Of a DNA stretch of 64,000 nucleotides, positions 39,801-49,331 are shown in pieces; positions within the stretch are counted from its first letter, which is position 1; each line of letters opens with the position of its first letter. The translations under genes and the position numbers were made by a program. A model generated the notes under the pieces. It was not told the origin of the DNA and made no database searches. It was given only the letters and a program-made list of their open reading frames with translations. The stretch spans positions 96,001 through 160,000 of the IMG/VR virus record IMGVR_UViG_3300046615_000208; one strand, given 5' to 3'. This DNA is from a virus. Taxonomy: Duplodnaviria > Caudoviricetes.

Positions 39801-42800
39801 CGCTATCCTCGTACGCTCCAACGCAGGTATGCTCGGAGAAATCCTCGGAGAACTTGAAAAGGGCCGCACGGTTGGTGTACCATCGGGTACTAAGAAGGAC
39901 ATGATGTCTCTTGTGGACTCAGCCGCTTTCCTAAAGGGACAGGGTGACGCTCCTTCCAAGATGCACGATGACCTAGCAGCTTACCGCTCTTGGGATGAAG
40001 TTGTTGCTGAGGCTGAAGCGGGTAACGCGACCATGGCTAAGGTTGCTAACATGGTCAACACCCACGGTATCGGTGGACTCCGCAACATCCTGAATCAGGT
40101 CGTTGAAAAGGGCGGCGATGGTCTGGCTGGTATGGTACTCAAGGGTACCTCCAACCCTAACATCTCTGTTGCCGATGGTAAGACTTTCGGTAACAACAAC
40201 GCTGATTACCTGAAGCAGGCTGGGTTCAAGTTCGGTGAGATTCCGGGCGCTGAGCCGATGAAGTCCGGTAAGAATAAGGGCAAGCCGCGTAAGGGTTGGA
40301 TCGCCACTGGTGATGAAGACGCACGTCGCGCTATGTTCAAGAAGGCACAAGAGCTTGCATCCGGTGAAGCTGTTGACGTTACGATTTCGACTGCCCACAA
40401 GTCCAAGGGTCTTGAGTGGGATAAGGTCAAGATTGGCGATGACTTCCGTGGTCCGAAGCTCAATGAGGAAACCGGCGAAACAGAGATGCCATCTCCGGAA
40501 GAGTTGCGTGTAGCTTACGTAGCTGTTACTCGTGCGGCTAAGGAACTCGATCCGGGTTCTCTCGGTTATGTCTTTGATCATACCGATGAAAATGGTGGAA
40601 TCCCTAAGCCTGCTGAAACTGGCGAACAGGATAACGCTAAGGAAGACGAGCGTCCGCTTCCGGGAACTCCCGACGATCCGGAAGCACCTTCTGATGAGGA
40701 TGTCAATGAGCCTGCTCCTGAAGCTGGGGAGCCTGCTCCTGTAGAGGAACCGACTCCATCACCCGAGGCAGAGGAACCGACTCCAGCACCTGAAGGTGGA
40801 GCACCTGAGGGTGGGGCACCTGTAGCCGTAGAGGAACCAGTCCCTGACGACGAGCAGGAGCCAGAACCAGAACCTGATGAGGTTGTAGATGCAGGCGAGC
40901 CTTTGCCTGACCCTGCACCTTTGCCGGTGAAGGAAGAGGAACCAGCGCCTACGCCGGAACCTGAGCCGACTCCTGCGCCTGTGGATGAAGAGACACCGGG
41001 ACCTGCTCCTGCACCATCTCCGGAGCCGACTCCAGCGCCTACGCCGGAACCGGAGCCTGCCCCAGAGCCGACTCCTGCACCTGTGGACGGAGAAACACCG
41101 GAACCAGAGCCAGCAGGGCCTACAGGGGGCCGTACAGAGCTTCCTACACCTGACCCACGCCCTGTGCACCCGGTCAAGCTGAAGGCCGCACAGTACCCTG
41201 ACGGTACTGTTGTACGTAGCGCTCGTAGTGGCGAAGCGTACGAGAAGACCAATGGGCAGTGGCACGTACAGGGTGATGAGGCTACTACTGTCGATCCTAT
41301 GGACTGGGAGACCCCGTTCGTATACGATATGCCGAAGCAGGACGCTGATAGCTTTGACGCCTTCGACGGAATTGACTCTGCCGAGATTGGTGATATCATC
41401 ATTACTCGTAAGGGAACACAGGCCTCTGTTGTGGGCAAGCGTGACGGCAAGCTTATTGTTGCCGCACACAACCAGAGTGAAGAGCAGCGTCGTCTTCGTC
41501 CAGCACTTGTCGCGATTGATCCGGTAACGGTCAAGGGTATCAACAAGTTCGCTGGCGCTCCTGCCGCACAAGGACCTACTCGTCCGCCGAGGACTCGTAC
41601 ACCGTTCTCTGGCAACCGTGGTAACTCCAATGTTACTATCAAGGACGTTGGCGGAAACGAGATCAAGATTGGCGACACAGTCCGTACCGACATGGGTACG
41701 GGTAAGGTTGTCCGTGTTCGTCCTTCTGATGGTCCTAGTGGTTCTGCATTCATTGAGTTCCCAGACGGCACCATCAAGAGCTTCCGTTCAAACAAGATGC
41801 GTAACACTGCATTTGCTGAGGAACAGGCTACTGGCGGTGACGATCCATCCAAGATGGAAATCGGCTCCATGGGCGAGGCTGGAGACGGTCGAGCATTCAT
41901 GGTCGGTAAGGGCAACAAGCCTATCTTCAAGGGAGACGTAGTCGAACTTGCAGACGGTACCACAGGTAAGATTTCCGGTTTTGCGAAGGGCGTTCAGTCT
42001 GTCAACATCCGTGTTGAAGGACGTGCGAGCGACCTCCGCAAGAAGGCTTCGGTTGTGGATGTTCCCGGATACAACGCTCCTGCTACTGATGCTGCCACTC
42101 CTGCTCCTGAAGAGTCGGGATCGGGCACAGCTTCTGATGGAGAAACAGCAGTCAGCGGTTTCGTGGTTGGGAGCAACGCAGCGGCTCGTGCATTCGTCCG
42201 AGAGATTGAGGACTCGGGGTGGACTGTTGACCAATTCGCTAAAACAGCGGAAAAGTCACTTGGGAACATGGGCCGTATTGACGGTAATGACCCACTGACC
42301 GCTATCTTGTCTGATGATGTTACGGACAAGCAGAGGGCCAGAGCCTCTAGTCTGCTCCGTATGATCGCAGGTTCGCACAAGATCATGGCGGACTACAACC
42401 CGGCTACCACGCCGGAAGAGAAAAAACGCCTTGAAGACCTAGACACTGCATTGTGGTTCTTCCACGAGAAGATGGAGAGAGTATGGAAGTCTCAACTCAA
42501 GAAGCTCAGGACCACAGAGGAAGCAACCCCGCTCTCCAAAGAGCAGTTGGCATCTTACGATGGTAAGGCAGATTTCTCTGGCTTCAACTACGACACTTCC
42601 CGCTTCAACCCCCTTTCCCCTGAGGGCCGTAATACGAATGATCCGGAAGATATTCTTCCCGGTACTGACATTCGTCCGGGTGTTCGTGTAGCTGACAAGA
42701 ACGGCAACGTTCTTGGTATCGTCCTCGGGTCGGCTGCGGCTCAGTACCAAGGAAGTGACAAGGTTTCTGTTCTAAAGGCGGACTCCAATATTGTCAAGTC

Positions 42801-44352
42801 TCGCGGTGTTCAGTCTCAGGATTACGAATGGAAGGACTTGGTAGCAGTTGCTCCGAAGTGGGACACATCTACCGACTTGGACTTCTCTGAAGAGGCCACA
42901 CCACAGCGTGTGGCTAACAAGTTGGAAGCGTCCTACCCCGGTGTAGCCTTTGGGTTCGAAGGACTTGACATTGAGACTTCTAGGGCGTATGCTCGAAGTG
43001 TATCAAAGATGTTCAACAAGTACCCAATGCTTCAGCAGGCACTTGCAAGCGTTTCCTCCGGTAAGAGTAAAGATGAAGGCTACCAGCCACCGTCAGGGTC
43101 TAAGCCCGTGTCAGACGACTGGTACGCCTACGCATCATTCCCCGGTGGAACTCTTGACACAACGTACAATGGTGTTAGGATGGTATTCAACTCCGGTGGA
43201 CCTAACATTCGTGGGTACAACGGAACCGTCAGGTCGGTAAAGAATGATATCGACGCTAAGTTCCACCACCCGTCACCGGAGGGTCAAGAAATTGACTCGA
43301 TTGTGATCCACGAGTTCGGACATGTTCTGGACTTCATGACCGGTAAGTTGGCTGAGGAAGACTTGTTCGATGTTTTTGCGACGGTCTGGGGTTCGGATGG
43401 GGAGACCAATCCGAACGTTGGTAAGTACCTACAGAATAAGGGAGAAATTTCGGGTTACTCGCAGATTGACGGTAAGATCAACATTACTGAATTGGTTGCA
43501 GAAGCATTCGAAGATGTGGAAATGAATGGAGTGAAAGCTACAGACCTCTCCAAGCAGATTCACGCAGAACTAATTAGAAGACTAGCTGAGCCAGATGCAC
43601 TAGCCCCAAGGGCTAATGTAGCTGCCCCTGCGGTTTTCGCTCTGGCGGATGAAATGCAAGCGTCTTTTTCCAAAGGGGGGTTCACCCTCAAGGGTGAACT
43701 CCCCGGAGGAAACTCAGGTGCGTCGATTATGCTTGGAACTCTGTCGGATGGAAAGGAAGTTGTCATGAAGACTCATGGTGGAGGGAATGCGGATAAGGAG
43801 CACCTTGCCTCCCGTGTCCTGAACACTCTCGGAGTTGACAACATCGGCACGGTGAAGGTTGATGACACGACGACCATTACCAACTTTGTTCACGGAAGGT
43901 CCGGTCTTGAGTGGATGAATGAGTCTGAGTTCAATACCCCCGTTGAGATGCGGGACGCTATGACTAAGCTGAAGAACTCGCGTGAAGTCGGCTTGTTTGA
44001 TTTCATTACCTCCAATCAGGATAGGCACGCCGGGAACTGGCTGCTTTCCGAGGACGGAACTGTTGCCCCTATTGACCATGGAGGGACATACTACAAGGCG
44101 TGGAGTCCACAGAAGGATGGGCGCTACCTGTTTGCTGAAGGCAAGTTTGCACAAAGCACTCTAGGTGTTAATATGGATAAAGAAACCTATATCACTTCGG
44201 TGGACGCATCGGTCTCTTGGACACGTGCCGAGCTTGAAGGAATCCGGGCGAAGATCGAGGGCCTTGCCCCCGACTACGCGGATCACCCCGAGTGGCATAA
44301 ATTCATGCTGGATCGGCTAGACTATCTAATGGAGGGAACCCCATGGCAGTAA
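36832..44352 (+). CDS. giant (2506 aa) polyvalent head-associated protein: ART-like, UvrD-like SF1 helicase, SH3/KOW repeats, HExxH peptidase, PI3/4-kinase/HipA-like
   Basis: LYHG..GFYLT (37873); AGSGKT (38935); DEAQD (39514); TAHKSKGLE; YVAVTRA; HEFGH (43309); DRHAGN (44020); DHG (44074). Confidence 0.85.
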   Translation: MAWGKNQNWKWQLRDSKGRWIEMGRGVKWYSPSLGREVSGTVVGQKGKNAIVNLTSEPANAKTGKPQQVSVKGSDIEVIQNKATLNPTADKAISATDAMLKQGQRTAGPKASVPTEVENAPAPVANKKYNEAGLTPDEQKAVDFQEKKAKQAADKGDLDAADRYETAAAKTRKIGEDRIKNGEGDTPAEDTPAAGETQGPATSTKAPTRNADIERDLGLLEQEAEDINNLADEDEKASALEAAQYDLVNDAGDDVTMRLAEGDDEGSYDVAVEDADGKELGRVPMSESAGERIDTAKAVRELANGRTPAKATISDEPVDESPEASEAPKANVPLAELEKQAKADGDTVLYHGGLPEGTTLDGIDLNRNGTQQNKRGQSFGGFYLTDESSKSWSDKYAMERNGVMHGFAIDKNARIDDRGKEQIDRISAEDRAKAAETSDIIKGRDLLGRTQYVILNKDVIKGVGETNLKTDKAPEATPEVPEVAPEAPDAAPADSGLPEFDPVTIALPRDAFKTADKIAVGDRLLTTAHANNGKEMPVSRTDTNIANGETVDLTGKSATVTGVQKIMGQNKTSQGKVVGSRVALQYSDGRTESMDLYANRGGSNSKGGVFIDSPEFRAAHIDKAPEEAPKDEAPVDGGNAGSPVAKPEPVVAESVEDKLKAAGVARTEPVALPGEKFAPTRQQQDIIDSVMAGKNTAVQALAGSGKTSTLEALAKRIQAQYPDKKIAYIAFNRSVKLEAEGRMPSNVESKTQHGLAYGWAPKWMKDRSNDTGSLRRGDDVAGFLGIRETIRPKDGEPMSVKEQALAAMRTVDTFANSAEDVPDASHMPEKIKAMGPEVEAAVLASAAKIWEDLQKPDGKMRFSLDHMRKQWALTKPDLSKAGTGLSRPADIIFMDEAQDTPKVMAALMDHQTAQKVVVGDSNQNIYSSFTGSIDYMSQVQKDIELPLTKSWRFGPAVADIGNRFLQLAESPHRVEGGGESSIVEGMQEPDAILVRSNAGMLGEILGELEKGRTVGVPSGTKKDMMSLVDSAAFLKGQGDAPSKMHDDLAAYRSWDEVVAEAEAGNATMAKVANMVNTHGIGGLRNILNQVVEKGGDGLAGMVLKGTSNPNISVADGKTFGNNNADYLKQAGFKFGEIPGAEPMKSGKNKGKPRKGWIATGDEDARRAMFKKAQELASGEAVDVTISTAHKSKGLEWDKVKIGDDFRGPKLNEETGETEMPSPEELRVAYVAVTRAAKELDPGSLGYVFDHTDENGGIPKPAETGEQDNAKEDERPLPGTPDDPEAPSDEDVNEPAPEAGEPAPVEEPTPSPEAEEPTPAPEGGAPEGGAPVAVEEPVPDDEQEPEPEPDEVVDAGEPLPDPAPLPVKEEEPAPTPEPEPTPAPVDEETPGPAPAPSPEPTPAPTPEPEPAPEPTPAPVDGETPEPEPAGPTGGRTELPTPDPRPVHPVKLKAAQYPDGTVVRSARSGEAYEKTNGQWHVQGDEATTVDPMDWETPFVYDMPKQDADSFDAFDGIDSAEIGDIIITRKGTQASVVGKRDGKLIVAAHNQSEEQRRLRPALVAIDPVTVKGINKFAGAPAAQGPTRPPRTRTPFSGNRGNSNVTIKDVGGNEIKIGDTVRTDMGTGKVVRVRPSDGPSGSAFIEFPDGTIKSFRSNKMRNTAFAEEQATGGDDPSKMEIGSMGEAGDGRAFMVGKGNKPIFKGDVVELADGTTGKISGFAKGVQSVNIRVEGRASDLRKKASVVDVPGYNAPATDAATPAPEESGSGTASDGETAVSGFVVGSNAAARAFVREIEDSGWTVDQFAKTAEKSLGNMGRIDGNDPLTAILSDDVTDKQRARASSLLRMIAGSHKIMADYNPATTPEEKKRLEDLDTALWFFHEKMERVWKSQLKKLRTTEEATPLSKEQLASYDGKADFSGFNYDTSRFNPLSPEGRNTNDPEDILPGTDIRPGVRVADKNGNVLGIVLGSAAAQYQGSDKVSVLKADSNIVKSRGVQSQDYEWKDLVAVAPKWDTSTDLDFSEEATPQRVANKLEASYPGVAFGFEGLDIETSRAYARSVSKMFNKYPMLQQALASVSSGKSKDEGYQPPSGSKPVSDDWYAYASFPGGTLDTTYNGVRMVFNSGGPNIRGYNGTVRSVKNDIDAKFHHPSPEGQEIDSIVIHEFGHVLDFMTGKLAEEDLFDVFATVWGSDGETNPNVGKYLQNKGEISGYSQIDGKINITELVAEAFEDVEMNGVKATDLSKQIHAELIRRLAEPDALAPRANVAAPAVFALADEMQASFSKGGFTLKGELPGGNSGASIMLGTLSDGKEVVMKTHGGGNADKEHLASRVLNTLGVDNIGTVKVDDTTTITNFVHGRSGLEWMNESEFNTPVEMRDAMTKLKNSREVGLFDFITSNQDRHAGNWLLSEDGTVAPIDHGGTYYKAWSPQKDGRYLFAEGKFAQSTLGVNMDKETYITSVDASVSWTRAELEGIRAKIEGLAPDYADHPEWHKFMLDRLDYLMEGTPWQ

Positions 44353-44555
44353 TAAAGTTCTACACCGCAAAGGACGACAGGCTCCTAGGCACCGTGACGG
44401 CGACTGAGAGCACGCTCACAGGAGACACCAACGGGGTCCGCGAGATGGTGGACGCGTGGGGGAAGTCCGCCGCCGAGTTCATCGCCGCCTATGCGGACTG
44501 GGGCAACGGCTATCTCTACTCACGAGAAGAAGTTGACGGATCGGATGAATCGTGA
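44343..44555 (+). CDS. small hypothetical protein overlapping the giant gene end
   Basis: GGAGG RBS, 10-nt overlap. Confidence 0.7.
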   Translation: MAVIKFYTAKDDRLLGTVTATESTLTGDTNGVREMVDAWGKSAAEFIAAYADWGNGYLYSREEVDGSDES

Positions 44556-44605
44556 TAAAGTGGATCAACTAGATAACGTAGGAACCTCTAACAGAAAGGA
44601 CGAAC

Positions 44606-45103
44606 ATGCTACTACCTAACACCACATGGGGACAACTCCGCGAAGAGTATCTTGCGGATGTTGAGCAAGGGGTTGTCTCATCTGAGAACCCGCTCCATGA
44701 CATCAAATTCCGTCAACTGTCATCGGATAAGAAAAACGAGGACTTTGTCTGGCCTGAAGAGGCTAAGCTCTTTAATGAGACAATCGAACAGGACCCAGAG
44801 GCTGTCACAGCCTCTGGGGAACCTGAGGGAGAGCCTGAAGCCGAATGGGAACCGCCTTCCCCGCTATATTTCACTGTAGCAGAGGATGGCTCGGTACTCG
44901 AACTGGTGAAGATGGAAGACGATGGACTCTTCATCCGCATCGAGTCGAAGTGGGTTGACATTTCCGACGAGGAAGAGTTCCCCACAGTCTACGAGCAAGA
45001 CATGCACTTCGCTAACGACGAGTCGGTGGGGGCATGGGACGCCGAGCTTGAAGATAATGACGAACTAAAACTCGAAGATATCCAAGACTACCTAATCAAA
45101 TAG
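44606..45103 (+). CDS. acidic hypothetical protein (head module)
   Basis: GAAAGGA RBS; AVTASG motif. Confidence 0.75.
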   Translation: MLLPNTTWGQLREEYLADVEQGVVSSENPLHDIKFRQLSSDKKNEDFVWPEEAKLFNETIEQDPEAVTASGEPEGEPEAEWEPPSPLYFTVAEDGSVLELVKMEDDGLFIRIESKWVDISDEEEFPTVYEQDMHFANDESVGAWDAELEDNDELKLEDIQDYLIK

Positions 45104-45251
45104 CGGCTAACACGGAAGACCAGCCATTATGGTATACTAGTACAAACACACTAACTTTGTACTTTATCCTGTGGCTGGTCTTCTCTGTGTTGCCACCAAT
45201 AACGGAAAAATATTATGCTTGACAATAACTTTGTATCCGAAAGGCAAAAAA

Positions 45252-47609
45252 TTGGCTACTAGAGCAAAGAACAGCGTCGAAAACCAGCCAAGGGACCGAT
45301 TTGGACGCTGGGTCGCGCAGGGCGCAAACATCAAATGGCGTGCCGATGGCCGAAACAAGATCGGTATCGTAAAGAGCGCTCTCGACGGGATTGCCAAGGT
45401 AGAAGAAAGAAACCCAGACGGTACATCATCTGGGAATACCTATGACGTTCCACTTAAGGAAGTACAGGTTCTCGCCTCCAAGGCTCGCATTCCAGTTGCT
45501 GGAGAAGAGTTTACCGGAAAGTCAGACAATCTGCAAGATAACCTTGACGATCCTGCCTTCCAAGATGAACTAAAGAAAAAGGGTCGCAAGTATCTCACCA
45601 TGCCTTCAGGCTACGCGCTTGAGGTCAAGGACGAGGATGACACCAACCCTCTCACCTACCAGCTATACGCACCAAATGGTCAGAGCCTAGGTATCTTCTC
45701 CAAGGAAGCACTGGCGGTTCTTCAGGAAATGATCGATATGGCAGAGAAGCCGGAAGATTCGGCTCCGGAGGATGATCAGTCAACTGAAGAGACCGTGGCC
45801 CCTGAGCAGGCAGCTTCTCTACAGACCCGTGAAGTACGGAACTTCCGCGTCCCGCCTAAGGTCAAGGAAGAGATTTCCGCCGTACTGGAGGCTGGAGCCA
45901 CAAGCTTTTCGGCTGAGGACTTGACAAGGGCTAAGGCCCTCGCGTACGATGACACTGTGTCGCTCTCCGACATCAAGTGGATCGGGGCTTACTTCTCTGA
46001 AATTGAGGCAGCAGAACGGCTGCGTGGCGGCTACAATGGCCGTAAATGGGCCTCTAAGGTCCTAGCGCCTGTCGAGAGCGACCCCTTTGCCCCCCAGTCG
46101 TCGGGCATCGAGTACGGGCGTTATGACTTTGATGACGCGGTGTTTGATTACTTCGCCATCAGCGGTGAGGAAGGCTCGCTTGATTCCTTCGCCCTTATTG
46201 CTGTAGACTATGAGACAGGTGCGGTGTACGTCTGGAGGGATGAAGGCTTCGAGTTTGAAGAAGACATCGACATCTCCACGTTTGACGCACCAAATATCAC
46301 ACCTATCGATGTTGATACAGCACTGGAGCTAGCCAAGTACATCGACACCAATGTCGATGTTGACGGATACGATATCCGCGATTCCGATGAAGAAGAGCGA
46401 AATCTATTCCTCATGGCCGAGGCAGAGCTAGATGATGATGAAATGTACCGTGTGTACACAATTATCGCTGATGCTACAGGGTACACCCCACAGGAGCGTT
46501 CTGTCAACGCACAGCGCCAGAAGCGTGGACCGGGTGGTAAGTTCGGCGGCGGACAGGCTACGGGTGCTGCCCCGGCAGGCCAGCTAACGCCTCAGTTCCC
46601 TAAGGCCAAGCTTTCCTCCGAGCTTCCTCTTGTTGCAGACATCTCTGCACGAATCGAAGAGTGGATCGCATCTGCACCAGAAGCCACAGAAGGCGCTCTA
46701 ACGGCCTCTGCTGAGTTTGCTGGGGAAACACCCGCACCTGTTGCAGGAGAGGCCCCAGCAGCCGACGCAGCCCCTGTAGGAGAGGCACCAGCCGAAGCGG
46801 CACCAGCCGCTGAAGGGTCAGCCCTCTACTTTGCCATAGTGGACGAGGTTGACAAGACTGCTGTGCTGAACGCGTTCGCTATCCTGAAGCAGGACAACGG
46901 GCCAAAGGCATACCTACGCGAAAACGCAAAATGGGCAGAGTCTCCGGATGTCCTTGCAGACATTCAAGGAACAACTCCGCCGCCTGTTGTTGAATTGGCC
47001 GTCCCGGAGCCAGCTAAGTCAGTCCTTTCGCAGATCGACCAGCACGACTCTACACAGACACAGCAGACTACAGACAGCGAGAACCAGCCAGCCGTAGTAA
47101 CTGCCAGTGCCTTTGACGATGCGGGTGTTCGAGGGTACGCGCTACCTAATGGCAGCTACCCGATCTTCGATGCAACCGATCTGGCTGTCTGTGTGGCAGA
47201 GTTCTCCGCCAAGGGCGATCCGGAAAACTTCGAAGTAAAGCGCCATATCCGTAAGAGGGCGTTTGCGCTCAACCGCATGGACCTTGTCCCGGCTGAATGG
47301 CGTACCCCAACTACAGTCGAACGCGGCATCGAACTAGAGTCCGCTCCAAATCTCTACGGAGAATTTGGGGAAGTCATCCTAGCTGCTGGCGGACATCGAG
47401 GACACCGTGGCGGCAACGCTGCGGCACTGAAGCGTTACTGGACCGTTGGTCGAGGCGCAGCAAAGATTCGCTGGGGCACCAAGGGAGACCTTACACGTGC
47501 ACACCGACACCTAGCAAAATACGTTGGCTCAGAACGCGCTTGGGGCTTGGTACAGAACTACCACCAGTCCCTGTTCGGAGTTTCAAACTACAAGAGAGAT
47601 CACGGGTAA
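45252..47609 (+). CDS. head-associated multidomain protein
   Basis: TTG start after GAAAGG; N-terminal RD..GRW module; ALPNGSYPI..HIRKRA..L....P.EW and YW..G.GAAKIRWG domains. Confidence 0.7.
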   Translation: MATRAKNSVENQPRDRFGRWVAQGANIKWRADGRNKIGIVKSALDGIAKVEERNPDGTSSGNTYDVPLKEVQVLASKARIPVAGEEFTGKSDNLQDNLDDPAFQDELKKKGRKYLTMPSGYALEVKDEDDTNPLTYQLYAPNGQSLGIFSKEALAVLQEMIDMAEKPEDSAPEDDQSTEETVAPEQAASLQTREVRNFRVPPKVKEEISAVLEAGATSFSAEDLTRAKALAYDDTVSLSDIKWIGAYFSEIEAAERLRGGYNGRKWASKVLAPVESDPFAPQSSGIEYGRYDFDDAVFDYFAISGEEGSLDSFALIAVDYETGAVYVWRDEGFEFEEDIDISTFDAPNITPIDVDTALELAKYIDTNVDVDGYDIRDSDEEERNLFLMAEAELDDDEMYRVYTIIADATGYTPQERSVNAQRQKRGPGGKFGGGQATGAAPAGQLTPQFPKAKLSSELPLVADISARIEEWIASAPEATEGALTASAEFAGETPAPVAGEAPAADAAPVGEAPAEAAPAAEGSALYFAIVDEVDKTAVLNAFAILKQDNGPKAYLRENAKWAESPDVLADIQGTTPPPVVELAVPEPAKSVLSQIDQHDSTQTQQTTDSENQPAVVTASAFDDAGVRGYALPNGSYPIFDATDLAVCVAEFSAKGDPENFEVKRHIRKRAFALNRMDLVPAEWRTPTTVERGIELESAPNLYGEFGEVILAAGGHRGHRGGNAAALKRYWTVGRGAAKIRWGTKGDLTRAHRHLAKYVGSERAWGLVQNYHQSLFGVSNYKRDHG

Positions 47610-47614
47610 CACGG

Positions 47615-49129
47615 ATGAAGATTCCACCAAAGTTTGATGAAGACATCATCAAGAACTTCAACCTCATCGACCCTGTCATTGAAACTGCACTAGTAGCAGC
47701 AGCGACATCGGTTCGTGAACTACAAGAAACTATACCAGAGACGGTAGAGGATGTCCAGTCATCCGGAGCTAAATTCTTCATCCCTCTCGCGGTACCCGAA
47801 GGTGTATCGTCCGGTGACGAACGCATCTTCGATGAAAACTCTATCACCATCCGCGACCTACCGCTACCCCTACGCTGGCAAATCATTTCTGATGAGGGCC
47901 ACAAGGGGTCTGTGGTGGTCGGACGCATTGACTCCATCGAAAGAGTTGAGGGCGGTCTTGGAAATGTGCGAGGCGTATTCGATGTCGGCGCATATGGCCG
48001 AGAATGTGAACGTCTTGTGCGGGGTAAGTTTATCCGTGGTGTATCGGTAGATGTTGACAAGTTCGAAGCGTCTCAGGCTCCTGAAGAAGGCGAAGAGCGT
48101 CAATTTGCAGACAAGGACGAAATTAAGAATCAAAAGATTCGAATTAAGTCCGCAAGGCTAATGGGCATAACAGTTGTCCCAATGCCTGCCTTCCAAGAGG
48201 CAATTATTATGATCGAAGAAGAGCCTTCACTATCGAATGGAGATGATGTTGTGGAAGACGGCATCTACACAGAACAGCTAGAGGGTGAAGACATGGAGTA
48301 CGCAGCAATTCTTGCTTCCGCTGCCCCAGTAGTACCACCGCGTAGCTGGTTCAATAACCCCAAGCTAAACGAACCTACACCCCTGAAGGTCACAGATGAG
48401 GGGCAGGTCTTCGGACACATTGCCCTCTGGAACGCCACCCACATCGGTATGCCGAGTGCAACGAAACCTCCGCACTCTTCATCCAAGTACGCCTATTTCC
48501 GGACCGGAGAACTGCGTACAGACGATGGCGACGTACAGGTAGGCCAGCTAACACTCGTGGGTGGACACGCAGATTACAATGCGAGCGCATTTGCCGCTGT
48601 CAAGCACTACGATGACACCAAGAGCGCTGTAGTGGACGTTGTGGCTGGCGAAGACCAGTTCGGCATCTTCGTAGCTGGCGCTTTGCGTCCGGGAGTCTCA
48701 CCTGAGCAGGTACGTGTCCTGAGGGCGTCATCGTTCTCGGGCGACTGGCGACCAATCAACGGCAGGCTTGAGCTTGTTGCTGTCTGTGCCGTCAACGTTC
48801 CGGGTTTCATGACCCCACGTGCAATTCTTGCTTCCGCAGGCGGAAAGGTTACAGCGCTTATTGCGGCTGGAGCATCCCCACTGGCTGACCTAAAGGAAAA
48901 CCAGAGGTTCCGCGAAATGGAAGAGCGACTTTCGCGCATGGAGTTTACCATCAACTCCAAGCGAGCAGCCGAGCTTCTGTCCCGCTTCTCTGATCTTGAG
49001 GCGCAGGAAGAGGCTAGCCTGTCCGCGAGGGCAGCAGCCGCGTTCAGCAGATTTGAGCCGGAAATCCCATCTGAGGAATCCGAGCTATCTACTAAAATTG
49101 AACAACTAATGAGCCGATTTAACGATTAA
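47615..49129 (+). CDS. capsid maturation protease
   Basis: GH..S.VVG.ID, RGVSVD and G.T.VP.PAF HK97-type protease motifs; SGDWR domain; upstream of capsid gene. Confidence 0.8.
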   Translation: MKIPPKFDEDIIKNFNLIDPVIETALVAAATSVRELQETIPETVEDVQSSGAKFFIPLAVPEGVSSGDERIFDENSITIRDLPLPLRWQIISDEGHKGSVVVGRIDSIERVEGGLGNVRGVFDVGAYGRECERLVRGKFIRGVSVDVDKFEASQAPEEGEERQFADKDEIKNQKIRIKSARLMGITVVPMPAFQEAIIMIEEEPSLSNGDDVVEDGIYTEQLEGEDMEYAAILASAAPVVPPRSWFNNPKLNEPTPLKVTDEGQVFGHIALWNATHIGMPSATKPPHSSSKYAYFRTGELRTDDGDVQVGQLTLVGGHADYNASAFAAVKHYDDTKSAVVDVVAGEDQFGIFVAGALRPGVSPEQVRVLRASSFSGDWRPINGRLELVAVCAVNVPGFMTPRAILASAGGKVTALIAAGASPLADLKENQRFREMEERLSRMEFTINSKRAAELLSRFSDLEAQEEASLSARAAAAFSRFEPEIPSEESELSTKIEQLMSRFND

Positions 49130-49134
49130 CAGGA

Positions 49135-49165
49135 AAGGCCACCTATTCACTTAGGTGGCCTTTTC
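49135..49165 (+). terminator. intrinsic terminator
   Basis: AAGGCCACCTA-TTCACT-TAGGTGGCCTT followed by TT. Confidence 0.8.
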
Positions 49166-49331
49166 GTGTGTCTACGAAAAACTAAACACACACACGGTAA
49201 AAATTGATGTGCTACAATAGATATTATTAACGAGCGAAGAGCCACCTACGAGCTACTTTCCCTCCGTTTCACAAATGACGTGCCTCCATGAGTATCTAAA
49301 CTCATTTACCAAAACTTTGAAGGAGGGAACC

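Noticed and set aside
38860-40560. Calling the giant ORF simply the replicative helicase, or an assembly fusion
   Set aside because: It is a UvrD-type domain in a continuous frame within the head module, with no internal stop or frameshift seen.
38581-41963. Long - strand ORFs (326 aa, 461 aa and others)
   Set aside because: Shadows of the giant gene and its low-complexity Pro/Glu linker.
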